Assembly (NCBI GenBank): GCA_963837955.1
Contig: CAWIPH010000001.1
Span: forward strand, 288,001 to 352,000
From: an uncultured Verrucomicrobiae bacterium
GTDB lineage: Bacteria; Verrucomicrobiota; Verrucomicrobiia; Chthoniobacterales; JAFAMB01
Direction: 5' to 3'
Length of the DNA: 64,000 nt
The notes beneath the pieces are model-generated. The model worked only from the letters and a program-made list of their open reading frames with translations, did not search any database and was not told where the DNA came from. This document shows, piece by piece, positions 21,760-35,075 of the stretch (positions are counted from its first letter, which is position 1; each line of letters starts with the position of its first letter). The position numbers and the translations under genes are program-made.

Positions 21760-22430
21760 ATGGTGGAAGGACAGGGTCATTGGCACAGAGCTGCTGGTTG
21801 CTTATGGTGGCCCGATCGAAGACTTTTCTGGTCTGGGCTTCCCGCACAAAATTTTCGTCCGAGATAATCGCTTGAGAACCCGGGATCATGTAAGGGAACG
21901 CCAATCGTATACTGGCGTGTTCCAGGCGGCGAGCACGGTGCTTCGCGAATCCGATTACCAGTACGTTTGGCTAGTTGAGTTCGACCACATCCCTGTAGAC
22001 CCTAATGTCATAGCGGAATTGAAACGACGAATCGCCGAGAAGGGTGCCGATGTTGTTTGTCATCATCTCCGGCGAGTCGATGGACGAACTGGCCGCATTT
22101 CCTTCAGCACGCGAAAGACCGAGACTTTTTCGATTTATGGCGACGCGTCAGCGTTCGAAAGGACAAAGGGGTAATCCTTTCGATGTTGCCTCCGGTTCAC
22201 TCTGGCGACGCGAGGCTTTCGATGCAATCGCCACCACAGATGAATCCTTCCCGATCTATCTTGAGATGTATCTTCCAACGATGGCACATCATCTCGGATT
22301 TCGACTATGCGACCTGGGAGAGCAAAACGATTTTATCAGACCTGTTCCGTCCCAATCCCTGACTTTTGAATACGCACAGGCACAAGGAAACTCTCGGCGT
22401 ACCCGTTGAAGCATTTTTGGGATATGATGA
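21695..22430 (+). pseudogene. Frameshifted glycosyltransferase-like hypothetical gene
   Basis: Three overlapping frames give continuous protein-like text (VWLVEFDHIP; NWPHFL; IYLEMYLPTMAHHLGF); may be sequencing error. Confidence 0.5.
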
Positions 22431-22550
22431 ACAGCTCGTTTCTCAGCGGTTTGGAAACAACTGAAACGCGGTGCAGCGTTGCATGGCACGGATTGCGGCC
22501 CGAGGAAGGACTTCAGTCTTAGCGCTTTCTTACGACGACGTACGATTTGA

Positions 22551-23155
22551 TTAGCCCGAGAATCGCTCCCGCCTGATCTCGCAGTTTGGAAAAAGATCCT
22601 TCACCTCAGCAAAGGTCAGAAGGCGAATCTCGTCAACGTATCGATCAACCATTTCCTGATTGGGATGAGTAAGCCAAGCCCAGACGGTAAGCCGCCGGAT
22701 AAAACGACGCTGCCACGCTTTGGGAAAATACTGAACCAGCGGTGTCAAATAATGGGGTTCTATGGGAAAGCTTCGAGCGGGTGTTGTATCCAGAGCGCTT
22801 TTCCCACCCGCATGCACTCAAAGGCGAACCTGCGCTGCTGCTCGAAGGTGTAAACGTGTTCAATCACACTATTTGAAAAAATGATATCAAAACTTTGATC
22901 GGAGTAAGGAAGTCTCGTCCCATCGGCCATCGCAATGTCGATTTTCGGATTTTCGGTCGGTGGGATGATCGGCTCCAGATTGATGATCGTTAAATGGCTC
23001 TCCATGCCCGAATCCTTCCAAAAATCGGGGAAACCACCGACGTCAAGAATCCTGTCAGTGGGCTTTGGTAAAAGGGTGCGGTTGAATTCCTCCATTCTCC
23101 GTCGTCGGAAGCGGGGGCTGATGAGACGATAAAGGGCGGAAAGGTGTGAAACCAC
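22551..23155 (-). pseudogene. Frameshifted class I SAM methyltransferase
   Basis: ILDVGG, FDIIFSNSVIEHV, continuing as FPIEPHY in a second frame. Confidence 0.75.
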
Positions 23156-23202
23156 GGAGAATTGTTTTTAGCCGGTTTTCGGCGGGATTTGATTCCTGGT
23201 TA

Positions 23203-25235
23203 TCAATGTTTGAAAAGAAAAGCCCGGTGTTTATCGCGAGAGGGACTTTTTAGCAAGCCCCCGCTGCATTTAGGCAGAAGTATATAGCCTGCAAAATCCG
23301 CCACTGCCGTCTTGCTCGTGTTTGAGGGTCCGTAGGTTCTCGGAGAGCCCGATGAGTTATCGGTGACGAAACAAGAGAGATCTGCCGCTATCATGCTCCA
23401 GAGCGAAAGATTCTGTGCTCCGCTGATTTCGACAAGGTCTGGCGGTAGCTGGCTCCAGTTACCCGCACCCAGCCCGTAAATAAATATATTCTCGAATTCG
23501 TGATTTTCAGAATTGTTCCGGGGTGCCCTTGGACGGCGGAATCCTCGAAGTCCACGTTGGCGAGGTACACGTTGGCGGCCCCCAATAAAATCAAAGCATC
23601 CTCTATGTAATGCTCGTCACTGATCGACGCAAAAAAGGTCGGCCCCTGCCTGCTCTGAACCGTAATGCCGTTGGTTTGCGAGTGATTTCCATAGATGAGC
23701 ATTTCTTCAAGAGTCCGCCGCCAGTAGCGACGTCCAGGGCAGCCGATGGCGAACTGCCGATGTTGACGAATGTTGAGTCGAGAACAACCGAGGAAGGGTC
23801 CGCATTCCATTGCGCACAGACGCCGTTTGGAGCAGCGTTATAGAAATAGACGTGCGAAAAACTAACCGGAGCCGCGCCGTTTCCGTTAACGCTAATAAAG
23901 GCTAGCTCCGTCGGGGATTGGAAAGCCGCGCACTGGATGCAAGTTGAATGACGCTGCCAGCTTGGCCGTATAGCTTTTGTCCGCCGGAAATCGTTAAGGC
24001 CTGAGTCACCAAATAGGTACCCGTCGGGAAAAAAATTTCAGCGTAATGGGCGAGTGCTTTTTGGATCACTTCACTGTCGTCCGTTGTTCCGTCCCCGACT
24101 GCACCGAGTGTGTGAATGTTCACGCAGGCAGAGGTAGGTCGCGGAACGCTGGCCGATCTTAAGGAGGTCGGTGGAACGGCCGCCCGAAGCGTAGCCTCTG
24201 AGCCCGAGACTGTTTGACCCGAGGAAACAACGCTCGCGCTGGTCCATTGGGTCACTACTCCTTTTCGCGCGACGCTATTGAGAAAGCTCGGCACCTGCGA
24301 TTTCGCATCGAAGCTCATATTCTCGATGTGCATCGCGTCGTGCACATAAGGGTCCTGGAGAGTGGCGCCCGGCATACTCGTAAACGAGCAGTCGAGAATA
24401 TTATCTACCCCGGCATAACCCGCATAGACTAAGAAGGGCGCCGTGTTCTTAAACTTTATGTTTTGAAAGGTAAACATCCAAGCGCCGTTGAGATAGATTG
24501 ACTGTTGCCTCTGGCGAGTAAACGAGCAGTCGCGCATGTATAAAGTCGAGGTCGCGTCGCTCCAGTAGCCGACTTTGCCGCCCACAAAGTTGCAATTGGC
24601 AATAGTGCTTCCCCCGCCCCACCAGCCAGTTTGGAGACAGCCCAGCGCGTCGTCAGCGTTGATGGTAACATTGCGAACGTCGCTCTGTTGAGCGCAGAAC
24701 CAGAAGACACCCCAAGCTCCCGGATTGTTGGCGCCGATTCGGACGTTGATGTCCTCGAGGCTGCAAAAAAAAGTGTTGTTGGTCGATCCGTTAAGATCGT
24801 TGGTTCGGGTTTGCCAGTCGGTAGTGTTATCCGGCATGTTGTAACCGCCGGCCGTAACGATCATGGGTGTTGGCTTCGACACGTCCTGAAAATTGGCGGA
24901 ATGAGGGGCTAAAAGCAGCGTAGGCGGGTCGGTCCACTCGCCAAAGAGCTGGGTGTTCCTCCAAATGATGAGAGTCGAGCTGATCACGTAGGTGCCGGGA
25001 GGCACATAGACACTGGCGGGCGCCTTTTGGCAACACCGTTAGGTAGCTTTCGATTCGATTGCAGTGCGGCGATAAAGGCTTGGGTGTCGTCGGTGACGCC
25101 ATCGCCTTTGGCTCCGTAGCTTTTTACGTTGCGCGATGCTACCCCGATAATGTTTGGAGGTGGGCTTTGGGCGGGGAGGGTTTGAAGAAACACAGCGGCG
25201 ACTAAGAAGAAAGCGGCGTTGGCAATTGCTTTCAC
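23203..25235 (-). pseudogene. Frameshifted secreted beta-helix glycanase (pectate_lyase_3 / GH55-like)
   Basis: Signal peptide; two motifs NVKSYGAKGDGVTDDT and NIHTLGAVGDGTTDDS; 3' end approximate. Confidence 0.7.
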
Positions 25236-25540
25236 AATTCAATAGAAGTCGGCGTCATTCTATCGAGACACGGCCCACAAGACTATGATACTTTCGGGTC
25301 GGATAAAATGTGACTGATGCGGAGCTATGGCACTAAAGCAGTCGCGTGGGCACTTCTGCGCTTCCCTCCGGTACCTGTGAATGTTCGCAACCGCTGAACA
25401 AGCTCTTCTGCCCTGATCTTTGATTTTTGCCCAAGTCCCGCCAACACCGGTCCATCCTGGGTATCCGCCTCGGGCTAAGTAGGTAACCAACAGATTTGCA
25501 ATGGCATAACTTGGATGGGCGATCAGTGATGGGAACAGGT

Positions 25541-26706
25541 CTAAAGAGAGCCCAACCGTTCAAGACCGTCCCTTAAATTGAGCGAGGCATAAATTGCGGT
25601 TAATCTCTCTCGGGTCAGCTTGTCAAAATCGAAATCGCGCGAGCGGAGCAATCCGCGCCGGATCACGTCGGCTCTTCGATTTTCATCGGTTAACGCTTCA
25701 GCGAGGCTCCGTGAAGCCTCGTCCGAGTTAGAGTAATCAACAATCCAGGCCGCTCCACTCGTGACCTCGTGCATGATCGGGATATCGTTGACGACACAAG
25801 GGGTTCCGCACGCCATTGCTTCGGCAACAGATCTGCCGAAAGTCTCTTCGCGGCTCGGTAGGACCAGAATTCTGGCCTGACGCAGAAGTGGAGCAATCCA
25901 ACGTTGATCAACCCAGTCCAGGAACCGAATTGTCCTCTCACGATAGGTGCGCTGCGAGTCCTTCCAGCGAAGCCCTCTCACCGCACCTATCTCCCCCAAC
26001 GAACACGATCGGATACATCTCTCTCAGGCGCTGAGAAATTCGGGCGTAACTCCGAACAAGTAGATCGGCCTGCTTATAGGATAGAGATTGGATAGCCAAA
26101 GGATATAATTTTCAGGAATCTCGAGTGCGCGCCGCAGTTCGTCGGCTTCTCCGTTGGGATATTGGTATGGAAGACCGAATGATCGATCCCCCGTAGCTCT
26201 GGATCATTTTGCGCTCGGCTTCAGGTGCCACGGCAATAATCCGGCGGGCAGCACATCGGGAATTGGTAATGACCAGTCTCGCCGAATGCAGGCCCCGCCC
26301 GGCTGCCCATCGTCGGTACGCGGCGCTGACCGGGTCCAGCTGGTCGAACCCTGCAAGTGGTGAAGCGTAAACAAATGCATTACGGTAGGAATACATTGAC
26401 GGAGCGGGACGAAGCCGACGGTAAGTAGAAGCTAGGCGCATTCAGCCGTTTGGCTTGTCGCGAAACCCAAAAATTATTCGGAGATTAATCGAGCTCGTAT
26501 CCTGCCACTCCCTGGAAATCGCCGGACGCGTGGAGCCTTTGGGTGCCTTCGCCAAAGTCGTATTTGGGTCCAACAAAAATCACCCAGTGAAGCCTTGAAT
26601 CCTGGCGCAGCGACCGAGTCACGAACTCTTTAAACATCGAGCTGAGGCCCGTCGGTTGAAGAGGATTTTCGGCACAGTAACTTAGTGCCAGGATGACCTT
26701 GTCCAT
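25541..26706 (-). pseudogene. Frameshifted GT4 glycosyltransferase
   Basis: LVLPSREETFGRSVAEAMACGTP in the C-terminal fragment. Confidence 0.75.
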
Positions 26707-26709
26707 AGC

Positions 26710-28093
26710 CGCATGAGCAATTCCGTTGACGATAGAAATTTCAGTCACTGACTGCAGGCTCACGATGGCTAGTTCGAAACTTTTTGAGAAACCAAACTAG
26801 GAGCCCGCTGAAGACGATGAAGTAAGCGATGCCTTGAGCCGCGTAAACTCCCTTGGCGTGAAGCGAAGGTCTTAACACTAGCCGAAACGTCAGCAACGAG
26901 ATCGCCAAGAGAACTTAGACTGATAAGAAAGTGGACCGGGCGACCAGAGCTTGTAAACAGGATGTTAAAATTCCAGACGTAAGGCCTGAGAAGAGCGGAA
27001 ACCATTCGCCCATATCCAGAGATCATTTACCGCGCTTTGCCATTGGGTGCCTAGAATGGGTCTGGCGAAGAAGAAAGAAAAGAGCTGGATTGCGCTAATA
27101 GACCGACCACCACCCCGAGAGACATGACTCCCATGAACAGGAACAACGATTTCCGCGTCTGAGCTTGCAAGTTTTGCTCTCGGCTGTACGAAGACCCGGC
27201 AACGCTATCAACGACATTCACGCTCAGCGACAAAGGAACGCGCATAAGCTGCTGGGTTCAATCATAGATGCCTAGCTCGACATCCGTTGCGAACGCTTTC
27301 AGCAGGGCGACATCCAAATTGGCAGCGAAATTCTGTACCCATCCAAGCGGACCCAAAATGCGCGCAAACCGAAAGAAAGTAACGCATGAGCTCTGGGCGG
27401 TAATGCCACGAAATGAGAAGGTTGTGACGATACCACAATGACAACAGAAAGCCTCCTCTAACGGCGGCTTCGGCGAAACGTGCAGTGACAAGCGCTAGTA
27501 CTGTCGGCACGAACAGAGAACCCAGGACAGTCAGCAACAGCCACGCGAAAACAGAGCTCATTTCAATCACGGCAATTCGATGGAAGTCGTATCGCTTACT
27601 CGCGATGATCTGGGGCGTTTGCAGAACAGTTTCCAACATGAGCGTTACAATCATCAGAAACAGCACGGAGCGAAGACTCATGAGCGATGGCAAAGCTAAT
27701 ACAACGACGAGAACAATGGCCGCGGCGACGAACGATCCGACCGTGCCCAACATCACATGGAAGCTGGTGTATGCCTGATCTTCTTTGTTGTAACTGACAT
27801 AAGCGGAGTTCTCGCTCATCTCCTCGGGCAAAAGCTGCCAACGGCATGATCATGCCTGCCGTTGCGAACAGGCCGAATTGCTGGAGGGGGCAATCAGCCG
27901 GGTCGAAATGAGCAGACCTACAGATTCGGCTCTACTCGCACAAACTGAAGAGAGCTACCGCCGTAAAGAAAAGTGGCCTTTGCTTTGGCACTTCGCCGAA
28001 AACGTCGAACTAATTCCCGAATGCGTCGATGATACCAGGGATCCGAGAAGAAAAATCCGCAGACATTCGTGCGGGCGCAACTCGTCTGATCAT
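26710..28093 (-). pseudogene. Frameshifted polysaccharide flippase (Wzx-like); ends approximate
   Basis: Hydrophobic multi-TM fragments (KRYDFHRIAVIEM; ANLDVALL; LGIYD) within the EPS locus. Confidence 0.6.
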
Positions 28094-28254
28094 AAGGAAA
28101 GGCACAGCGCTTGCAATCGTTAAAATTGGAGAGCCTCAGCCGCGTTTACCTTATGATTTCTGCGCTCCGGAGCCAAGGGACGACAACAACTGATAAGGAC
28201 AGAAAAACGCCGTGGAAAAGGAGCCGCAACAGTGCGAATGAGCGTCGGCCTGAA

Positions 28255-28975
28255 ATGTTTGAGCATCTCAGAAAAGTTCCACGTAGCCTGGCTAGAAACT
28301 GCTGTCTCACCTCGAATACGATTCGGTATCTAGTTGAGTATCGTTGCATCGTAGATCTATTGAGGAACTCACAGGACTCCATTTTCCTCCCTCATCGATC
28401 TCGGCGCCGGGAGCGGTGAAATGTCAGCCCGTTTGATCGAGCAAGGTTTCGCGTTGAGAGCTACGGCCGTTGAACCAGACGATCGGAACTTCCATTTGCT
28501 GCAGCAGCGTTACATAGATTTACCTGGCTGCCGCTGCCTTCACAGCTCGCTGGAGCAAGTACAAATAGAAAAGGAAAGCTTTGATGCCGTGTTGTCGACG
28601 CAGGTTCTCGAACATATTGTGGATGACCATGCAGCTGTTGCTGCAATTAAGTCGGTGTTGAGGCCATCGGGAAGAATCGCCATCATCTCGGTGCCGTATC
28701 CTCCAGAGATATTCCCACTTGGTGGACATGTACGCCCCGGGTACACGCGCGAGCAACTTGCGTCTCTATTTGCCAGTCATGGATTTCGATTGCTCGAGCA
28801 CGATTATTTTTTTACGTTGCCAACCCTGCGGCGTGTAATCGCCTGCGGAAGAGTTCGGGCGGGTCGGCCGTTTACTTCCCAATCCAGATGGGCGGATCGT
28901 GAAGCAAAACTCTCTACCTTGCAAAAAGCGCAGCTACAACCGTATGGCCTTGCTTGTCTCTTTCAGCGGAACTGA
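28255..28975 (+). pseudogene. Frameshifted class I SAM methyltransferase
   Basis: LIDLGAGSGE just upstream of the called ORF; FDAVLSTQVLEHI; GHVRPGY. Confidence 0.72.
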
Positions 28976-29149
28976 GTTACTTTTTCGGCAGATTCGCCTA
29001 TCGTTCGCTGCTGGGTTGCTTGGACGTCAGCCGATGGAACCGCAACGGTGATCAACCACTGACTCCACAGTTCCCGCCGAATGTCTTTTGACTCCACTGG
29101 AAAACAGCTCTGCATCGTGGATCCTGCTTTTACTTTGGATAGCCCGACC

Positions 29150-30230
29150 ATGAAACATTTGGTCTATGCAATTCCTACAATTCGGGCTGGCGGGTTGGCA
29201 AATTACAGCGATAGCCGAACGCATCGAGCCTCATCTGCCGATCCATTAGGTTCCACTCCGGTTGCGGCATCGTAATCCGCTGATTACCAGCTTCGAGCTG
29301 CCGGTCGCGGCAAACCGGGCGGCTCGCATTTATCGGGCACAGAATCCGAAAACGCGATCGTTTTCGGGACACCGGGATTACCATACGGGGCGGATGTGAG
29401 CGCGGTGCATTTTCTCCATCATGTCTGGATGTCAATACGTCAACCTTGCCGCACCAAACACTACGAGAGCGAGTGACATTGGCGCTCTCTCGTTTCCGCG
29501 ATAAGGCTGCCAGGCGAGACTTCGCTTCTGGCCAAACCCGCTGCTGGTTACCTGTTTCCGATATATCGGGACGAATTACGAAAGATCGTTTCTCATCCGG
29601 AGCGAGTTCGATTATTACCAATTCCGATGATGAGACACGGTTTACGGTTGAGACAGTCAAGCGATTTCGGACCGCGAGACGCCTTGAGCTTGGCTATTCC
29701 GAGATCGACTACGTCTTCGGGTTTCTCAGTCAAGGCCATTACCAGAGGAAAGGTTTTTGGATCGCTGTGGCAGCACGGCGAAGCTCCGAAGCCGTAAAGA
29801 GTCGCTTCAGTTCACCCCTAAACTCTTGGTCATCGGCGGCCTTTCCCCAACGTTGCAGCGGCTCCGGAAAGCCCTGACCAAGGAGTTCTCAGACTGGCGA
29901 GATTGGATTCCATTCGCCGGGATGCTCTCCCGGCCTGAGGAAACCTTGTCTGCGACCGATGTTTTGCTTTTCCCGTCTTCTTTCGAGGCATTTTGCCTCG
30001 CGGAAATTGAAGCGGCGGCACTATCTCTCCCATTGCTTTTAACACCGCACTGTGGCTCTAAAATGATCCTGCAACCTGGCGGGAACGGCTTGTCTGTCAG
30101 CTTTAATCCAGACGAACTGGCCGATCAACTTCTGGCTTTTCTTCGTGGCTCCACCAAGTTGGGTCCAATCGAAGTCCTCGCCACCGTCCGGAAAACTTCC
30201 GGCCATCGATAGGAAAAGCACTGAACCGGA
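29150..30230 (+). pseudogene. Frameshifted GT4 glycosyltransferase
   Basis: MKHLVYAIPTIRAGGL; GHYQRKG; LLFPSSFEAFCLAEIEAAA. Confidence 0.65.
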
Positions 30231-30249
30231 AACAATTTTCCGAGCGGCT

Positions 30250-31431
30250 GCTCCAAGATTCTCGAAGAAACGTGGACGGCTAAAAAAGTGCGTTGAATGC
30301 CGTCGCGTAGCGATTCGCAAGCTCTCGTGCGTATAATTGGCTAGAACGCGGGCGCGCCCAGCTCCGCTTTTCGCCGCACGCCAGACATCATCCCGGAGAG
30401 CTCGCTCAAGCAAATTTCCGAGTGCGCCCACATCCGCTTCCGGGAAGATACAATCCGGTTCACCGATGACTTCCGGAATCGCGCCACAACTCGATCCAAT
30501 CGTCGCGACACCACAAGCCATTGCCTCGATCAGGATGTGGCCGAATTGTTCTTTCCACCAAACTGGTCCGGATGACGTGCGACTCGGTAATACTAGTACG
30601 TCCAGCAGTTGCAGAAACGTAGCGATCTCGGGATAGGTCATTGGGGAAAGGGCCCGGATCCGGCTGTCCTCACGGGCCGCCGCCTCGATCCGCGCGGCGA
30701 GAGGACCGGTGCCCATGAATACAAGGAAGGTTTCCATGGATAACCCGGGAAGCGCCTGGAACGCGGCCAACAAATCGAGCACACCTTTCTCCGGGACCAA
30801 TCTTCCGCAATAGGCGATCAGCCGAGCGCTTGCGGCGTAACCGGCAGACTCTTTGCGCCTCGCGCACTCCGATTCGGAAAGAGGAATAAAAATTTCTGGA
30901 TCGACACCGAATTGCGGCAGACAAGGTCCGCGCGGGGTGAACCAAAACTCTTTAAAATCGCCGCCGCACCGCTGTTTCCACCGATCGCAAAATCGGACGT
31001 CCGGGCAGCAACTCGATAAACGAGTCCCAGGATTCTACCTTTCGTGCCACCTCGGAGAATGTTCTCCCAGGTGAACTCGCCGAAGAGCGCGCGACGCTCA
31101 AAACGCTGTTTCAGGAGCCAAGTTTGCCACCGGAGCATGCCCCAGGGCTCATTTTAAACCAAAACCAAATCGTAAGGCTGTTTGCGAAAGACAAAATCCA
31201 AACCGCGATACCAATTTCGAGTTCCCGAAACGCAGCCCCACCAATTGGTAATCCTACCAGTTCGTAATCTCTTGACGAAGGTTCGGGCTCTACTCTCTCC
31301 GTCCAACCGAATCCGCCGCACTCGTTTGCGGTCACACACGTCAAATCAAACTTCTTGGCCAAATGAGAAAGTTTTTTTCGATGCTCGCGAATGGCGTAGG
31401 CGGTGCCAACAATCAAGAGCCGTCAATTCAT
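30250..31431 (-). pseudogene. Frameshifted GT4 glycosyltransferase
   Basis: FTWENI; VPEKGV; WKEQFGHILIEAMACG. Confidence 0.72.
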
Positions 31432-32111
31432 CGGCTGATGCGCTCTCTTCGAGCAAGCCAGGTGAGTGAATTGCACAAGTTGTCCCGACGACATGATAGA
31501 TTTGACGACCACTCTCTTCAGAAAAATGGTCTAACGCTTCTGGAACCCTTAAGCGATGGGTGACCGGAATGTTCGGGCGGTAGTCGTGCCAAACGATCGT
31601 TCCACGATCGCTGATTACTTTCGCAGCAAGCCTGGAGTCGCGAGTACGTCCGCGAGCAAATGCGAACCATCGATGAAGATCAGATCGAACCTTGCCTCGC
31701 GTACCAGTTTGTCACCGGCTCCCGCAAAACTTCCAATTCGAAGTTCCACACCATCCTGAGCTAAGAGCCGCCGCCGGTAGGGAGAGTCAACCACGGCGAT
31801 ATCTAACTGATAACCGTCGCATTCGGGCAATTGAGTTTAACGGCGCAATTCGTGCGAGCTCTAAACGTTCCGACTTCCAAAACGCGTCTTGGTTGAAGCG
31901 TCTTGGCTAAGGCGAGCAAAAAAAAGAGATCGGGGGTGGGGCTGTCCAGATCGAGAGAAAGCGGCGCAGCGACCGGAATGATTAAATCGTGCGATAAGTT
32001 TGCCAGCTTCTCCGGATCGATCTCTGGAAGATTTAGCCGTCCGAAATTGCAGAATACTGGGTCAACAGCTTTCACGATCGGGAACCGTTTAAGCGCATTC
32101 GGTATGGGCAT
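31424..32111 (-). pseudogene. Frameshifted class I SAM (O-)methyltransferase
   Basis: RVLEVGTF; FDLIFIDGSH. Confidence 0.7.
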
Positions 32112-32975
32112 GGGCGGCAGTCACTCCCGATTCAGTTTTGCCTTTGGCCGACATCTAGCATGGTTAGGAGGAACCACTGTAGTAGCTTACACAAAAAAAG
32201 ACACGGTCCGACTGGGAAACTATACTTATACCAGTGATACCAGTACTGTCCTGTCAGGTAATATTTCGATTTCCTTCTAAAGAAAGTCACCCTGATAAAT
32301 TGAAAGCGACCATGTTTCGAACTCCTTCGCCCGTTCCTTGAAGTCTGGCTGTTCGTGCCTATCCATCAGATATACTTTCGCGTTTGGCAGAATGACAACG
32401 CGAAACCCTCGGCGATGGGCTAGCAGCGTATATATAGAGTCTGCGCCATAATGCGGCAGATGTCCGGCATTGGGTAATCCGATCTCGCGGCAGAGCTGCG
32501 ATGGCATACCGACACAATAGCCAGACAGTCCATGTACGTCGGTTATAGTAGATAATGAAGAAGGAACTGAAGATCGGTATCGGAAACCTGTTCTAACTGG
32601 CTCCGGCTCACCTTCAAGGAAGCAGATCGCTCCACTGATGCTTCGCGGAGTTTCTGCAGAAAATCCTGCATGACAGAAAAACATTCAGGTTCCGGAAGAC
32701 AATCATCATTGAGCCAGAAAAGATATTCGGCGTTCATTTCAAGCGCATTGCATGCCGGCGCAAATACCGCCAGTCCAATAGAGTTCTCCGTTGCCAAAGA
32801 CCAGCTTGACCTCGGGAAAATCTGCGGCGATGGCTTCGGCCGTTCCATCTTTGGATCCGTCGTCGACCACGATAATTCCGGTCTCTGTAGGCAACCCATT
32901 TGTATGCAGGTGATGTAAGCAGCGCAGTGTCACCGCTTTTCGATTATGGACGGGAACGATCACGTAGCCCTTCAT
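32108..32975 (-). pseudogene. Frameshifted GT2 glycosyltransferase
   Basis: IVPVHNRK, IVVDDGSKDGT, WLNDD, LPHYGAD. Confidence 0.75.
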
Positions 32976-33169
32976 TAATCGCAGAGATTTCCCGTTTCAT
33001 TATCGCTTAAGCCTCTTAGACCGCGGCACGACCCCTATGACGGCGCGGAATCATCAAAAGGACCGCGACGAAGAAACGGACGAATCCGATCTTCTGATGA
33101 AAAGCATCACGCGGAGCCACTCTCCTGATAGAAACTACGTATTTGTAGCTCTTTTGGAAAGGCCCTTAA

Positions 33170-34720
33170 CTAGACAGCCGCATAGTTAGCCCTAAAGCCA
33201 TCACGCTCGCCAGGTTTGATGTTTCCGGTTTCCTGAACTTCACTGGTCCAGTGTTGAAACAGCTTTTGGTGGTCCATCCACGCTCAAAGCGCAAAAACAA
33301 CCAGCCAAAAGTGCAAAGAAAATATTAACGGGAAACACTCCCAGATGGCTGCCGAAGAGCATCCCGCTGAATAGGGTAGCAATCAAGACACTCAAACATC
33401 CCAGCATCATCTTGCGCCGGGCCGGATCGCGCTGTCCGAAGATCGCGCGATGGGCGATTACTAAACCTAAACCAGTTACACCGAGAAAAAAGCCTAAGCC
33501 CTACGAAACCGTAACTCACCAGAATTTGACCGATCTGATCGTGGGCTCCATTTTCGTGCGACTGTTCCATCAAATCTTCCTGAACCTCGCTGCGATTGCC
33601 AAACCAAGTGTGAAATTCCGGGATTAGTTAGGACGTTCCGGAAGCTCACTAGCCGATCGCTGAAAGTACCCAGTCGAAATGCTTGCGCTTCAACATCACT
33701 ATCTTGCGGCAGATAGGCTTCGATCTGGTCGAGCGACCGCAAAAGCACATCGGAATTGATCATGAGAGTCGCGAAACCGATCAGCGCTACCCCGTACAGC
33801 ACGATTGTGCCCACTTTGGTGCGACAACAAGCCCATACCAGAATCGCCAGCGCCAGCAAAGCCCAGGCAGCCCGGATGAACGTGGCTAGGCATGCTATCG
33901 CAAACAAAACTGAGACAAAAATCTGCCATCGTGCCCATTTCCCTCGCTTGAGGGGAGTCAGAGCGGCGAGCCCTGAGAGCATTGCGGTGACCACCCCCAA
34001 AGCGTGCGGCGAATTCAATGTTGCGAAAGGTCGGAGCCGAATGTCATCCAACAAGCCAACTTCCATGGTGAAGCCGCTCTTCAGATAGTCGATTTCGAAA
34101 TCGGTCAACCCAAAGAACTGTTGCCAGACACCGTAAAGGGCGACTGGGACATAGACCCAGAGGCAAAAAATCAGCAGCCGCTGCACCGGAATCGTATCCG
34201 GGAAAAGAAGACAAACCACCAGGGTCAGCGGCAGATAGGCGCCCGAGTTAGCAAAGTCTTTCAGCGCAAACAGGACACCGCCCCCGCGGAAGAATGCCTG
34301 CACAAAGACCCCCACCATCGTGGTGACAATCACCGCTCCTAGCCAAATTTGCCACGGCTTGAGCCAAGTCCGGTTCATGACGTTGCGGTAAACCACCCCA
34401 ACACACACGCAAACGAATAACAGAGGAGCGACCGCTAAAGTGATGACTACATCGAGGCCGGAAAGCGCGTCTGACAGAACCCCCAGCCGCTTAATCAGAT
34501 CGAGGTAGCCGGAGGTGAGAATCAAAAAACAGACGCCGGCCGTTGGATTGCAGGCCGCCACGATAAACATGACTCCCGCGGTTAAGAGTGATTGTCGTCG
34601 TAATGGGGTTCAGGGCGCTCGTCACGAACCAGCCAACGAAAAGGGCGAGCAAGCACCCTACTGCCGGGGCGATAAAGCGGACGCCAATCTGACCCGCAGT
34701 GAGTGGATGCGTGCTGACAG
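33170..34720 (-). pseudogene. Frameshifted O-antigen polymerase/ligase-like membrane protein; ends approximate
   Basis: 358-aa multi-TM fragment with RPFATLNSPH and LGTFSDR. Confidence 0.55.
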
Positions 34721-35075
34721 GTCTTAACTTAACGGGTTCTATCGAGTTCACTACAGGCGACAAACAAATAGAATTTCTTCGGGCCTGTTTTGACACACCC
34801 ATGAGACGAATGCAATGACTCAGATTTTTTCAGGCTTCTTCCCGGGGTTAAAACGCTGGGCGGGGAGGGATCGCAGCCCGACTCCGCAAGGCCTACGTCG
34901 CGGCCAGTCCCAGCGCTTTTGCTCAAACTCATCCAGGGCGCGCCGTAGTTTACGAAGGCGGCCTGTCCGACATAGCTTTTGATACATCACGCTCAACGAC
35001 CGTGTACTTCTGCGACGTCGGATCCTCGCGATCCGCGGCGCCCCCCCGGGGCAAAGAACAGGACCAGGGAAAATC

